64,000 bases of DNA from Squalus acanthias (lineage: Eukaryota). Below are positions 11,601-25,530 of this stretch, one piece after another. Made by a program: the position numbers and the translations under genes. The stretch's first letter is position 1; each line of letters begins with the position of its first letter. Under the pieces are notes generated by a model. That model did not search any database, was not told the DNA's origin, and saw only the letters and a list, made by a program, of their open reading frames with translations. The DNA lies in NCBI GenBank assembly GCA_030390025.1, contig CM059434.1, positions 111,166,001 to 111,230,000 on the forward strand, read 5' to 3'.

Positions 11601-12939
11601 TGAAAAATACAGACACAGTAATAATGGTAAAAGATTCAACTGGTAAGTGAGATTCTCAACTAAAAGAGATCATTTAGAAAACAAATGTCTTCACTGAAAC
11701 AGTGGAGATGGCACAGTTTTAACTAAATAAGTAAAAAAAAGAAATCATTTCAATTAAGGGTCATCTTCTGGAAATGGTCCTGCTAAAAATAAGGATCCAT
11801 TTTCTTCACAGTATTTTATTCCTTGTTTTATTTTTTGTTTTTTAATTCATCTTTTTCCAATACCAGCAGATCTGTTATGACATTGCTCTGGAGTAGTCTG
11901 GGGTGTGGACAATGGTTGTGATGCTAAATTGTCCCATCCCTTGAAGGCACTGCTCAATTACTCCCTATTGGGAAGTGGTGTGAAGAGGCAAATCCAGATA
12001 TCTGTCACTGCTTTTAAACACTTGGGGGTCAATCACAAGACAATTTTAACTGTTGGTAAATTTCTGGCTCTAAGTCAGAAGAATCCAGCAAGGGCTTTCT
12101 GGCCGACTGGCTTTCTTTGTGTACAGTTTCTCCAAGACTGTTTTGAATCTGTGACAGTGTGACACTTTAAAATATGGCATTTGGAGTGTGCTGGAAGTGC
12201 TAGTTTCACGCCTTTTTGATATTGATAGTGTTGCTCACAAGTAGCCTGGGGTCTGGAGCATGGTTACTGAGTTGGCCTGTCTTTATAAAGCCAATGCACC
12301 AGCATTCACTGTGGGAATCCAAGTAATTGTAGGTAGTTTGTAAATTCCTCAGGTCAATTAGAGTCAGTAAAACTGCTCGTAAATTTCAGGCTCCAGAATG
12401 AAATGTCTGGCCTCCTTTCTATTTTTTACATAAAAGATGGTTTTGCATCTGTAATAAAGTGTGATGTGACAGACACACGCTAAAGGCAAGAATTAAAAAA
12501 AATATATATTAGTGGATGTTTCATCGTGATAACCGGTTTTATAAGGACAGGAGTATTGCACCATGTAATGCAGAAAGTATTATTCTGCTACTAAACTGCA
12601 TTACAGCTGCGTGCCCTGGTCCAATTAACCCCTGTCCTCTAACCTTCTTCACCTGAAGAATACACTTGGTCTGAACTCGCTTTGTGTAGCAGATAACAGG
12701 GACTTGATTTTTTTTTAATTGTATAATTGCACGTGAAGTAGCTGACAGTGACATCCACAAATGCACCATTCACTTACTTATCTCTGCATCAAAGCTTTAC
12801 TCCCATCTTCGCAACCCCACTCCTTCTTTAAAGTTCACAAAGTTTTGCTCACTACATTTAATAATTAAATTACTCACTGCATCAATGATTAGTTAAAGTC
12901 CTGCAAGCATTTAGTAATTAAATTGTTCACTAAAGCCTA

Positions 12940-13140
12940 AACGTTCCGAGTCCAGGCGGTGACATGGTACCCTGCCTGCAGACAAATATCTCAACATCAC
13001 AGTGCACTGACCTTGATTTTCCATCCATTGATTGGGATCAGTGGACGCAAAATTGCGGGCATTATACCTGCAATTTTCCAATGCATGATGGCAGTGGGTG
13101 AGATAGCTTGCTGCCAGTCTGAGCTTAGAAAATTTACCAC
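12940..13140. mobile_element. Decayed MITE fragment
   Basis: Internal hairpin AAAATTGCGGG-CATTATA-CCTGCAATTTT and a GAAAATTTACC-type end like other MITEs in the window. Confidence 0.4.
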
Positions 13141-16100
13141 TACATTTAAAACAATCCACACCCCTAATACATTTTATAATTCAGCAAGTTCCTCACTATA
13201 ACTAACAGCATTTTGGTAAAATTTATTCATTTATAATTTCAACTCTGCTATTATAAGCCCATCCATCTTCTCTGTAAGCAATGTCATGGCAGATTAACTT
13301 AGTATATATAATTTATTTTATTTGAAAATTTCATTATTCATCATTTTTACTTAGAATGTTCTGGAACTTTTTTAAACGAATTTTTTCCTTTTCACACCTC
13401 CTCCCCCATTAGTTCTCCTGAATCCAAATTATCCCCAAGGTCCAACCATTGGATATCTCCATGGATCTCTTCAATGCCAGATCTTGGTTGACTGACCAGC
13501 AGGTGTTTCAACAGGGCCTGGGAAGTGACCATCAGAATAATGTTTTTTCTACATTATTGGTAGTATCTTGTGCAATTCCTCGTGCCCCCCTTGCCACTTG
13601 TCCCTATGTTGCCTTGTTATGTAAATAACTTTCCTCCATCCAGAGACTATAGAGAAAAACTCATTGCGGCAGCACGCTCATGTCCTGCTTCTAACGTGAT
13701 TGGGAAGCACAACCTTAAAATTTAAGCATAAGATTGCAACAACATTCCCAGCATGCTACAGCCTCATTGTCAGGCAAATTAGGATAACCCCATCTTTCAT
13801 TTGGAAGACCGAACCTTGTCAACTCTAGCTGTTTGATTACTGTGTCAGCCTTTCGATTACACTACTATTTCTCTTCAGGAAAAGACAGTTCATTTTAATA
13901 GAGGTCTATGCTGGCAGCCCAACAAAATGATTACTTCGCACTGGAAGGATTGGTATTGAAAGAGAACATTAACATGACTGTTACACGACGGCCCTGACTT
14001 TGGTGATGGCACTGCAATGTAAATGAGGCCTCTGGAAGAATGATGAACAAGGGCTTCTCTGAGTGCAGCAGTGTCAGCGAATATAAATGTTGCCATCAAC
14101 ACTGACCACCATTTTTCTAGACCCAAGTGTGCCGAGTGCAGAAATGGCCAGTACAGACCAGGCCAGTGAGATTTTCCACTTGCTGACACATATAGGCTTT
14201 CCTCAAATATCAGAGCACATCCACATCCAGAAATGGAGGTTGCATTTGCAAATTTTAAACAACTGTACATCTGTTGCCACAGGTGCTATCGAATCTGCTC
14301 CACAATGTGGTGAATGGGTTAGGCTCCACAGCACTGGGAGCTCCAGTGTATTAAACATCATTGCTACTTGAAGCAGGTCTGTCATACTAGGGATAAAGGA
14401 TGGTTCAACTTGCCCGTTTCAATTGTTAGACATGTTGATCAGACATGGGACTAACCCACCCGCCACGTGGGAGAGCACAAACTGGAGATCAATTCTTGCC
14501 ACTGGTAGAGAATTGGGCTGTGGAGAGCAAGCTTCAGGAGATCACTGCTAAAAAATAAAATGCAATTCCATACTGCAAAAGAGTGGCCAGCACTGCTGCA
14601 GTGATACAAGAGAAAGGTATGTGGATATTGTGGAAAATGGATTCACCTCTTAAAAGGATCAATTGTGGATATGCATAATAATACACATTTACAGGGGCCT
14701 CTTCTATCTTTTTATGGGGACTGTATTCTTGGCTGTTAGAGCACCACAGTGTTTTATAGGTTGGTCGGTTTATTATTAAATTCTCATCGTTTCCCGGGAC
14801 ATAGTCGAAAACTAGAAAACAAGTTAGTAATTAAAGCACTGTTTAAATTGGTGCAGTTATCATAACACAGAAAGGTGTCTCGAGGACTATAAAATGGGCA
14901 ATGAATGGTTTTGTAAAAGACTAATAGCTATTTTGTTCTAATCTTCCACAAACCAGACTATAAGTACCACATTGTTTGCCTGGATTTAGGCCAAATGACT
15001 CCCTGTGATGGCTGCAGTGCATTAAACAACAAGCAAAGATTTAAGGCATTATAAATGTCTGACCAGAATGCTGCAGCTTATTCACATAATAAAAAGCACG
15101 ACAATGAGGCATGTCTGTGATAGATAATAAAATCTTTTAATTGTTATGTTTCTATGCTTCACTGTTTTCTCTCATTTGTTACACATGTAGACTGCTCACC
15201 ACCTGCTAGGAAGCTAAAGGGGTTGTGAAAAGATAAAAGAATAAAGCTACCACATGAGTATTGAATGTCATCCCCTAGCTACAGATGGTCCTAGATTTGT
15301 CTTCTGGGCAGGTGATATGTGCCAGTCTCCTCAGTGCTTTGGCTCCTCGTGCTTTTTTCCTTTTGTGGAGTCCATTACTTTGCTGCTTTCCTTGGTTTCT
15401 TGGATGCTCTAATGCTCGTCTCTCAGTGGTCCCTTGTTGGTCCCACGTTACTGGTTGTGATACTATCTTTTCCAGGAAATTTTATTTGCTTTTAGGCCCT
15501 TTTTAAATTGAGAAATCTAGTTGAAGAAGCAAGGTTTAAAGGGTAGAAGAGATGAAGTAAATCAGGAAGTAAAAATGAGGTGATGCCAGATTTGGGTTTT
15601 AAAAGCCTGAGAACTGTAGAAGGAAGGGAACATTGATGGAGATAAGGGAGCCAATTTCCTAATTGGAACACCCCATTAGCTCCTTTTCCCAGGATGTCCC
15701 ATGAAGGAAAAATAGCCCAAGACATGACATGGATTTCAGCTTTCTGGGCGGCCGGGGGTGGGGGGGGGGGGGCGGTGAAAGATCCTGCTTCAAGCAGGTG
15801 GGGGGCTTCCCTATAATACAAGTGATGCAAGAGTGCCATTTTCAGTCCTCGCATGTCTTTTCCCACATATTACGCTGTTCCTAAGTTCCATTGTAAATAA
15901 TGCTCATTGTAACTGGCCATCCAGGTTTGCCAGGCAACGAATAGTGCAGGTAAGTAAATTTACAGAGATGCAAACTAAAAACAAACTTTCTGTTGCTTTG
16001 AGACCATTTCTAGCTCATCTTAAATGTTTCTGCTCGAAGGTTCTTATGAGTGTGTCAATTATTTTTCTTTTTTTTTTTGCAGCGCCATCAATGGGTTTCC

Positions 16101-17069
16101 CCAATGAGAATCTCCCAATGTGAGGTGCTGGGAGGAAAAGAAGGATCCTTGAAGGTATGGCAGGTAGCTCATGGTGCACAAGAAGCGCTCTGTGCTCATC
16201 CACTGGTTTCCACAGCACAGCAGCATCTGTAGACGGAGTTGACCGAAGCTCACTTTGGCTGATGATTCGTGCATGCGGATGGTTCTAACTCTCAACAGGT
16301 TGAGGCAACAGCTACTGATAAATGTGAAGGCTTGACTAAACTATATTGGTTCTTCAAAAGCATCCCAATCACAGCATGCCATGCTTTGTGGGGTACTGAA
16401 TGGAAGAAAGCATACCAGGGTGATCAACCAGCAAAGCCCGATAGGCTGCATCAGCCAAAATGCCACCAACCTTTATTTCAGGTATTGTTGCACTGGCAAT
16501 GACTGTGGAGATTTTCTTCACGGAGTCTGGATCGGTAGAGAGCCAGATGCAGAGCTGTGCCATCTGCTCTGAGGACACTTACTGCTAAGCATGCACCATA
16601 GGGCTGACAGAGCAAATGACAGAACCAGTCAGCTGCGGTCGCAAGCCTGTACATTGGGCTTCTATTGCCTTCACTTTTGTCTGTCATTTCTTATCCTTTG
16701 CCTTTTTGCCTTACTGTTAATGGGTTGAATTGTCTTTTGAGCCTTTCTAAATGCTTTCAAGAACTTCTGTCTTCCCATTGTGACACTCCCCTTTAATTGT
16801 CTCCATCACTTTAAATTTCACACACTCAAATTTCCTCTCCTACCACTAATGTACACCCTATATCTGCACCTGGATCTGTGAATAAAGATGCAAATGAACT
16901 GATCCATGAAATTTAAGTGCTATCTAACACAATACCTCTCCGGGTGATTTGGTACTTGTCCTTAATCTTTTAGACACGACTGGCACTAGATGAGGGAAAT
17001 TTTGTCCCAAGAAGTTCCACAGTATTGATCCTCTGGAAAAGAATGTGTTAGAAAGAAGCAAACACAATA

Positions 17070-17274
17070 GGGCTGCTATCACCTACCGGGAAGCCGGCGG
17101 GAGCAGATGTCATTCCCGCCTGGGAGTTTGAGGCAGATGCCTGGCAGAGTCAGGCCCTGACCAATTTAGCAGTGAACCGAACACCCATGCAGATTGGGCA
17201 CGGGACTCTGCCCTGCTAAATTGGTTATCCGTTGTAGGCCCATAAAATAGGCACAACAATGTTAAATTTAGCCC
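17070..17274. mobile_element. MITE (GGGCT...AGCCC ends, PIF/Harbinger-like)
   Basis: GC-rich island with internal inverted repeat ACCAATTTAGCAG (17160-17172) / CTGCTAAATTGGT (17213-17225); right end AAATTTAGCCC. Confidence 0.5.
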
Positions 17275-17478
17275 CAAAATTCCGCCTTAATGAGTCTTGA
17301 ATTCAACAACCAATTGGTGTTTGCTTTTTTACTATTAGAAAATAAAGCGATTAAATAAAACAAAATAATTGAATGCTGCGAATAAGAGATTAAACAGAGC
17401 CAGAGTCTTGTATTCAATTCAGTATATGGAGTGGCCGACTGCATTCACTGCCGCTCCTTACAGCAAATGTTTACTCAC

Positions 17479-17614
17479 ATAAAATTCACGCAGCCTGTTC
17501 CTGCAGGTGGAGCGATCCAGACAAAGCTGAGATTTGTCTGTGGAAGGTGACTGACGTGAGATGCTACAACACTGCACATGAACTGGGATCCGAAAGGTTG
17601 ATCAGACATGAACC
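17479..17614 (-). CDS. RELN: Reelin coding exon equivalent to human exon 3 (136 nt): (G)[44 protein letters not shown](M)
   Basis: Acceptor ttttttgtgttgttgcag (AG at 17616-17615), donor AT|gtgagt (GT at 17478-17477); matches human [45 protein letters not shown]; not in the ORF track. Confidence 0.97.
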
Positions 17615-18689
17615 CTGCAACAACACAAAAAAGGGCATCAGATACTGTAAGTGAATAACATGGCTCATTTGCATTAATGGTCTCTCATGCTGGGTAGCTC
17701 TTCGGAACAGAGATTCTACTGCTTTAACACTATGTAAAGATCAACTTCAGTCAGAAATAACCAGGTTGGGTTAAGGTACCTTGAGACCACATCACAACGT
17801 TTTTCTCTCTTGCCAAATGTTGACTTCATTTCAGATAAGTGTGAGATTTATTAATTGTGGGGAGTGTATAGACTGGTGACAGCAAGTTCAGTAATGATGC
17901 CAGCTGATTTTCATATCATTGCACTAACCTCTCGATTTAGTGTTTAGTTTGGCAAACTCAGCCAGGGATGCCATTAAGTTTGTTAGCACAGGATTTGAAA
18001 AAATTGACCCTAGTGTTGTACAGGATGTTCTTTTGAGGTCAAGGTGGTTACACCTGATCTGGGAGTACTTGATACTACAACCGTGTCGTAAAACTGGTGA
18101 AAAAACCTTCCACCGCTCAGCATCGACAGCTCGCTGCTGACAAAGAAAAACTGACCAAAAATGTTACTATTTTACTGCTACTTGTCGCATGTTTCTTGTG
18201 GCACCTCACTTCAACACTTCAATCCGCTTGCCTCCAATACAGATCTCTTACAGAAAAGCTCTAGCTACAGGTCTGTCGTCTCGGTGCAGCCAAAAAAAAT
18301 GTTTCCGTGTGCCGCAACACGTCACCATATGCTTTGGTGTCATTGCTGTTTGTGAATGAAGTGCAGTGTGAGGTTTCATGTTCCAGGAAAGTGTCTTAAG
18401 TAACACATTTTTAAATACGCTTACTGATTACTAGAGTCGGTCACCCATATGCTTAAGTGTCACTGTGGCTAATATATGCAGTGTTGCATGGGACATTGAA
18501 TCAGACGGCGTTTCTAGATATATACACAAAAACAAAAGCTACAACAGGTGTGTAATCGGAACAGTCATTTCTCTCACTCTCTTGCTGTCATTCATACACA
18601 CGCACACTTGCATATATTTTCCTCAACCCCATGCCAAATACTGCCTACAGCTTTCTCCACCACACCATGCCACACCACAAACCACCTCC

Positions 18690-18790
18690 CGGCCAAAAGG
18701 AAAAGAAAAAGATAGAGAAAGAATTAAAAAAAGTTAAGGAGAAAGAAGCAGAAGAGAAGAGCAGAAAAAGAGATAGAGGCAGAGAGAATC
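18690..18790 (+). repeat. Purine-rich (GA) low-complexity tract
   Basis: aaaaggaaaagaaaaagatagagaaagaa...gagaaagaagcagaagagaagagc; source of the Lys/Glu-rich spurious ORFs. Confidence 0.75.
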
Positions 18791-19074
18791 AGCGCCACAA
18801 AGACGTTGGATACTGATAAGAAAGTGTCTATATTCACTGAAGTACCAGGTACAATGTCAAATGGCATCACCTAGTATTTATATATATCTCTGGCACACTT
18901 CAGGTGTCATCCTTCAAGTGCCAACACTTGACATTCAAAGTATGCAGCACACTTGTACCTGATTGGCTCAAATTTCATTTACAAAAAACAGTAACAGATC
19001 ACAACTGAAGAGGCAGGCAACATATCAACCAAACATTGGAGGAGTGGATAGATAGATCAGTAGTGTTCCTACAA

Positions 19075-19180
19075 TACAACAGTACCTACACTTCAAAAGT
19101 ACGTAATTGGGTGTAAAGCGCTTTGGGATGTCCTGAGGTTGTGAAAGGCGCTATAGAAATGCTAGTTCATTCTTTTCTTT
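19075..19180 (+). mobile_element. SacSINE1-like / L2-type 3' tail
   Basis: CTACACTTCAAAAGTAC...AAAGCGCTTTGGGATGTCCTGAGGTTGTGAAAGGCGCTATAGAAATGC, same as the tail of 52722-53154. Confidence 0.75.
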
Positions 19181-20409
19181 CTTACTACTGCCTATTAATC
19201 CAGGACAAACATTTCACATGGACATGATTAATATCTAATGTCCTGCATGTCAGAGCATTGGGAAGTGTTGCACAGACCCCCTCAACACAAATTAATATTT
19301 AAATTACGGTGGCACCTGTTTGAGGTGGGCACTTCCTATGGCTGCTGAAAATTACAGCAAAAACTGGGAAGGGTGTTAAAGTAGGTGGAAACCCAGCATA
19401 ACAGATCTTTGCCCCATTAGCAGCATGAAGTTAGGCAGAAAATCCAGTCTTTGATATCCTGCTGGTTCCCATTGTGTATTCTGCTTATGCAACATGTAAA
19501 AACAAATATAAGAGAAAACAGCAATTCATGTCATCATTTGTTCTACAGGGATGTTAGAACTGGCAAGAACTAAGCTCAGGAGACACGCAATGGATAATTC
19601 CAGTTGATAGTGTTTCGTGGTAATAACATTTTTATTTTCTGGTGTTGCTGTCCTTACGTACACCATAAATCACATCAATGTGCGACTAAAAATAAATGGA
19701 AGAAACGTTTTATAGAAGAGCTTCTGACTTAACCTTTGGGACCCTATCACGCATGAGAAAGTCCTAAGAAAGTAACCTCTGGAAACTCTCAGTTATGTGT
19801 CTCTCTCACTGGCACAGTGATAACATATGCAGAACACTTTCCTATCATCGCTGTAACCTCTAATTGGAATTTGAGAGTTGGATTTAACCAATTATGAAGT
19901 TAGCAAGCTAAACATTTTTATCACTGCATACAAAAACGATAAACATTTAGAAAATTTTGCTTCACTATCTAAACAAGTTCTGTTTTAAAAATCCTTTGTC
20001 GCGCCTCCACAATCAACAAAGACAGATTTGCTTGGACCTTATGTTATAACAGGACTGGTCGTGCTGGCTCTAAACTACTAGCGTACTCTGAACTGTGGGA
20101 AAGAGCTGAAATACTCTGTAAATAATTAAACATACTGGATTCTTCACTGGGGAGGCCCTGTCAGTGTTAGGAAAGCACAATCATCTTAAGATTTATCTTC
20201 TTGTGTGACTGTAATAGATTTTCAATAGTTTATACAAATATTCCATTTCTAACAACTAGATAGCTTCCTATTGCAAAAGCCACAAGAGAATTGGATTGTT
20301 AATAGGTTCAGTTTAAAACCAACACCCACAATCTGACTTAATCACAAGATCTTCTCTACAATGCTTGCCTGCATTTTTTGAAATTTGCTTTTCCAATTTT
20401 TTTTCTTTC

Positions 20410-20785
20410 CTTCCCTGAAGGTGGTAACTCATTTTAGGGTACAGTCTTATGGGCAGCAGGAGCCTCTAGTACTTCCTCAGTTCACCATTATTCAGATTTG
20501 AGCCTAGAGTGTTGGGCAAGCAACTCGCCAAGTGGCATCACATCCAAGCCTGATTCTACCTTGACCTGACTTTTTAAACAGGGCTCAATGGATTGTGTTC
20601 TGGAGAGGCAACCCTTCCTGATTTTACCCTAACTTAAGGACACCAAGCCCAACCATAACACACCTACCATTACCCTTGCTAAGATCAGCTAATTTAGCAA
20701 ACACCAGGAATCAAATCTGGGATCTTCCTGGTCCATGTGCCTCTATACCACACACTACATTTACCCACTGACCCATCAGGGATAC
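20410..20785 (-). mobile_element. Old tRNA-derived SINE, unassigned family (copy C)
   Basis: Reverse complement of copy A/B motifs (CCTCTAGTAC, GGCATCAC, CCAGGAATCAAATCTGGGATCTTCCTGGTC); A-box-like head near 20760-20783. Confidence 0.55.
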
Positions 20786-22887
20786 TTCATCAGTATTTAT
20801 TAAAATAGATGGCACAGGACATTGCATGTCGACCACTGCTGTCTACATTTGGAAATGTAACAATTCAATCCCATTATTCTTCTGGTTTTGAGCCTTTTCA
20901 AACCAATTTCACCTGAGCTACAGCAGTTAATTGTCAGTTATTGAGCCATCAGAGAGTCCCACCATTGGTACTCCCTATTTTTTTAAAAAATTGGAGCACT
21001 AACAAAGAATGCTTATTAACTTTAACATCCTTCGCCTCATTTTAGTTGAAACCATTTCAACTGTATTTTTGAATCTGTGTTCACCCGCTAGGCTGGAGTT
21101 AATTCAATGATGAAGCAGCTAAATTCTTTGGCAGGGAATGTATTCAACATGGATTTAGCTGCAATTGTTATATCAACTGGTTCAGTGCTGCGGTTAATGG
21201 GATAAAGTTACTGACTAGCATATGCTCCGCCAGAGATTAATTACGCACCTCACTAACTACTACCAATGGTTTTTTAAATAGTCTACTGTCCTGCACTTTA
21301 AACTGCTGCACACTGTGGGGTAAAGGGTGCTTTAAAAATAGGGCAGCAAACTATTTAAAAGCTCAATGTGGTGCTCAGCTGCAGATTTCATTCTCTCATG
21401 TGAAATCGAAATTCTTTCTGATTTTATAACTCAAAGATTCATATAAAAGCTAATACTTTGATTCTCCTGATATTTATCTAGAAATCAGTCATCCAAAGCC
21501 CAGAAATGGATATATCAGTGAATCAGGTTGTATGTATTTACTGGTCTATCTTTTTAAAAATGTTTCCTACTCTCTGGAGCTGAGGTGATGTCCTTGGCCA
21601 TTATTTGAACAGTTAAGTCACTTGAGAGGTACAAAATGAGCATTACTGCAGGTCAGTCCAGATTGTTTGGGTTCTGTCAATAAGACTACGGTAAACTTAA
21701 GTCATTACATTTCTCTTTGCTGTTAAAATAAGCAAATAATGACAAGATTAACACCCTGTTTCTTAAAGCAGAAAACATCTCTTTCCCCACCCCCTGCCCC
21801 CCAGCCTGCGCCAGTATTGAGGCCCCTCAGTATTGCACAACTCGTCCCAGTGAAATCATCGGCACTTGATACTTAAACAGAAATATTCAAAAACTCTACA
21901 GGAAAAAAGAATAGGACATGAAAATAAACCATGATTCTCAGAGTTTTTAAAGGATGGAAAGTACTGCCTGAATTATTGGATGTGTTTGGATTAAAGGCAA
22001 AATAACTTAAGATTTGCTGCAGTGATCGACCATTGGCATTAAAACCAGTTGTATACGTCTCTGTTGTGCACTCCTAATCTCTTTCTGAACAACTATCGCA
22101 GTGTGCAGCTGCTGCATATGATACATGTGCACAGATCCTCTTATCGATGGAGTGCAGATTCAGTACAAGAACTGACTGTACTGGTGCTGGAAATTACTAT
22201 AAAAGTTACTGGGTACGGGTATCTTTTTAGAGAGATTAATTTATGAGAGAAGTGTTTGAGGTCAAAAGGTGTGAATCTCCAAACAATCTTACGTGATATT
22301 TCAGTTACATTCATTCTTTCTCCCCTTCCCACCCCTGTTCTTGCCCCATTCAGAAGCTCATTAACAAAGTTGGTTACCTTGTGAGAAAGAATAAAAGCTA
22401 AATAATCAGATGTGAAAGATGAGACAGCTCCATATAATTATCGGGAAGATCCTGGAACAGTAAAGGAAACAGATCTCTTACTGACAGGGTCCATGACTTG
22501 TAAGCAGCAATCAGGTCATGCTGATTGCCTGGTCCATAACAGACTTCCTGGCTTTTTATCACAGACCTCCAAAGGTTTTCAGAAAGACTTTTGATAAGAT
22601 TAATCTCACATTCTCACACTTTTCATTTACCTGCACATACTGTTTACACAGCCTCAAGCGCTAGAATCACTTTGGTTTATAAACACTTTTAGTGTTGGGA
22701 AAAGTTCAGATGGATGCTGCCACAATGTTGCTATAATGCAAAAACTCAGACAGACATGTAGAATTTCCAGGCCAATGAACTGTGCCAAAGTTTTACTGTG
22801 CAAGTTTCTAACTGAAGAAAATATTCTCTATAATTAAAATCAGACCTTCTGGAGCAATATCAAGATACTAACCAGAAAGGGAGACCA

Positions 22888-23345
22888 GAACTTGAATTTA
22901 TAAAGCACCTTTCACATGCTTGCCTACATGAGTGCACTTCAAAAATAATTCATTGGCTGTGAAGCACTTTGGGATGTTCCGAGAATGTGAAAGGCATTAT
23001 TATAAGTGCAAGTTCTTTCTTTAGGATGTCCTAAAGTGCTTTATAACCAATGAATTACTTTTCTGAAGAGCAGATGCTATTGTTATGAAGACAAATGCAG
23101 CAGCCAGTTTGCATACACCAAGGTCTGGTATGTGCGAAGTTAGCAATTGGCTTCAGTGCACAAGGGCTAGGGAAGGGGGTAAGATAAAATCAGTCAGAAT
23201 CCCCATTTCTGATCACTAATCAGTGACTCCGGCTAGAATGTACATGTGTGAATAGTGGTTGAGGACAAGGTTGGGATCAGCTTTGATGCTCCCCTACAGA
23301 TGAATAGCCTGCTGATAGTGGCTTATACATGAAGATGAGTCAGAG
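22888..23345. mobile_element. Cluster: minus SacSINE1-like tail interrupted by a plus tail, then copy D of the unassigned SINE
   Basis: Minus tail 22888-22917 and 23023-23126 flank plus tail about 22920-23022; 23122-23345 has GCAATTGGCTTCAG, CTGATCACTAATCAGTGACTCC, GAATAGCCTGCTGA. Confidence 0.6.
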
Positions 23346-23445
23346 GCTCCATGAAAGAATGAGGGAAAAAGCCACTTGCTGATTCTTCAGCTGCTGTAAG
23401 AGTGACCACACAGAAATGCACACTCACTCTTTTAACCAGAGGGGA

Positions 23446-23535
23446 ACATAGGAACAGGAGTAGGCCGTTTAGCCCCTCGAGCCTGTTCTGTCATTCAATG
23501 AGATCATGGCTGATCTGTGACCTAACTCCATATAC
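23446..23535 (-). mobile_element. CR1 LINE 3' end
   Basis: AACATAGGAACAGGAGTAGGCC...CCCCTCGAGCCTG...ATCATGGCTGATC is the reverse complement of the 3' UTR at 6890-6980. Confidence 0.85.
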
Positions 23536-25530
23536 AGTGGTAATGTCCGCAAGAGAAGTAAAACAGGAGACATGGGACCACTGAACTGATCAATCAATAG
23601 CGATAGAGGCGTGGGTTACAGACATGCTGACAATTTACAGTTGCACATTTGTTTTAATAGACGAGTTAAAGTATTTCATTTTTCTCTCAGTGAAACAAAG
23701 CATCAAACAGATTTGTGTAAATTAATTTTGACGTACTCGAGCCCCAAATTACACAAACTCAGTGGGATTTCTTTGTGAAGTAAGTGTCTGCAAACTCCAC
23801 CGGTTGCTGGCGATGGCCAAATGATAAAAACACAGCTTACATTTCAATTTTTTTTCCTGTTGAGTAACATATTTTTGCCGGTAAGTGTAATTATTACAGA
23901 CTGTTTTCTCCTGGTAAACCTACATGGAACATCTGCGCGTGTCATGAATTTGTAACAAATACATCAGCAATCCACAGGAGTGTTACCATCATGACTGTGG
24001 GAAAGTAGTTTGTTATAAAGAGATCAGAAACCTTTTACAGAAAACAAATTGCACCACAATGTACTGTAATCTGATTGGTTATCTGAAGGGCAGTTGAACT
24101 CTATTGAGCACACCTAATGCTGTAATAATGTTGCCATGTCATACTGAATTTCAACACAGCCAGCGGGGGAGAAGTTGGATGTGATAAAATGGATAATCAT
24201 CAGTTAATATATACAAAAATGTGGAGTAAACTTAACATTTTAATGCCTATTGTTGGTTCCACGTCATTTTCTTCAGTTTAAGTTGATTTTAGTTGTGTAA
24301 AATACAGTATTCTGATTGGCTGAATGTTGCACATTAAACTTAATACTATGGCTGGCTCTAGGTCTTCTCTTGTCGTAGGCTGCATCACAAACTACACACT
24401 AATTGATAGGATATACTATCGGGTAAAACTGAGGATAGGCAGATTACTTAGTGTACTCAATCTAGACTTTCAAAAACCTTTAACACAGTTCTGTATGAAA
24501 GATTGCTAATTAAGCTTAAAGTGATGGGGATATAAGGTAAAACCTAGAAATGGATAGGAAATTGGGTGAAGGATAGGATGCAGTTTGCACTTGTTAGAGA
24601 TGTGACACTGGGATGGGGATGGGATTACTAACTGAGGTGACGAGTAATGAAAGCTGGGATTACTATTTTGAATGCCACGGCTGACATTACGGATGTCTAG
24701 TTACGGGTGAATTTGAAACCAATTTTGGGGTATAAATTGACTTGTTGCTTAACATGTCCATTGACTGCAAAGCAGCAATGAATAAAAGAAATTGAAAGTT
24801 GAATTACATAGCCAAAACATTGGAGTCCAAGTAAAACTATATAATGCCCTTGGTCAGACTATACCTTGAGTATTGTCTCCACTTCTGTTTACTGAGACAC
24901 AGGGAGAAATTTAAGCACTGAAGGTGGTAAAAGCCACAAGTCTGATCCCAAGAGTCAGAGTACTTAGGAGGAAACTTGGAATTTTCAATCTTGAAATGAG
25001 GCTATTGAAAGGGACCTCAGAGTGAGTATATTAGATAATAAACAGTATAGAAAAAGATGGGTATGATTTTCTGCTGGAGTTACAGCAGTTCCCCAGAGTA
25101 GCTCCAGTGGAATGTGAAGCAAAAATCTTCAGGAGCCAGTCCACCATTTTCCACTGGAAGTGACATCAGATATAAAATACATCTGCCTATATACATATGA
25201 CGTATTCCCATCATTTGCATCTTAGCTGCGCTGGGTTTAAGGAATACCAGTGTGTTCTAGCCGCTAAAGTAACTATGGGTAGTGGGAATAGGTTAAAAAT
25301 TAAAAGTCCAGAAAGCCTATGCGATCAATCATAGGTCATTGATTACATAGATTAAAGTGATGTCCAAAAAATATATAATTTTTTATTTTTATTTTATAGT
25401 CTGTGTCCAGACCCGAGGCTAGCAGCCAAGTTACATTGCAGCAGGTGTCCGGGGCCTGAAATAGCTATTTTCTAATAGCTCTTAGGCAGGCTCTTGAGTG
25501 GAGGTCAGGAAGTCCACCAAAACTATGCAA

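Noticed and set aside
13890-14720. Coding-looking stretch with overlapping ORFs (126, 94, 60 aa)
   Set aside because: No recognisable domain in the frames I translated, frequent stops and no splice-site pair; possibly a very old transposon but unsupported
18465-18816. Lys/Glu-rich ORFs
   Set aside because: Translations of a GA-rich low-complexity tract
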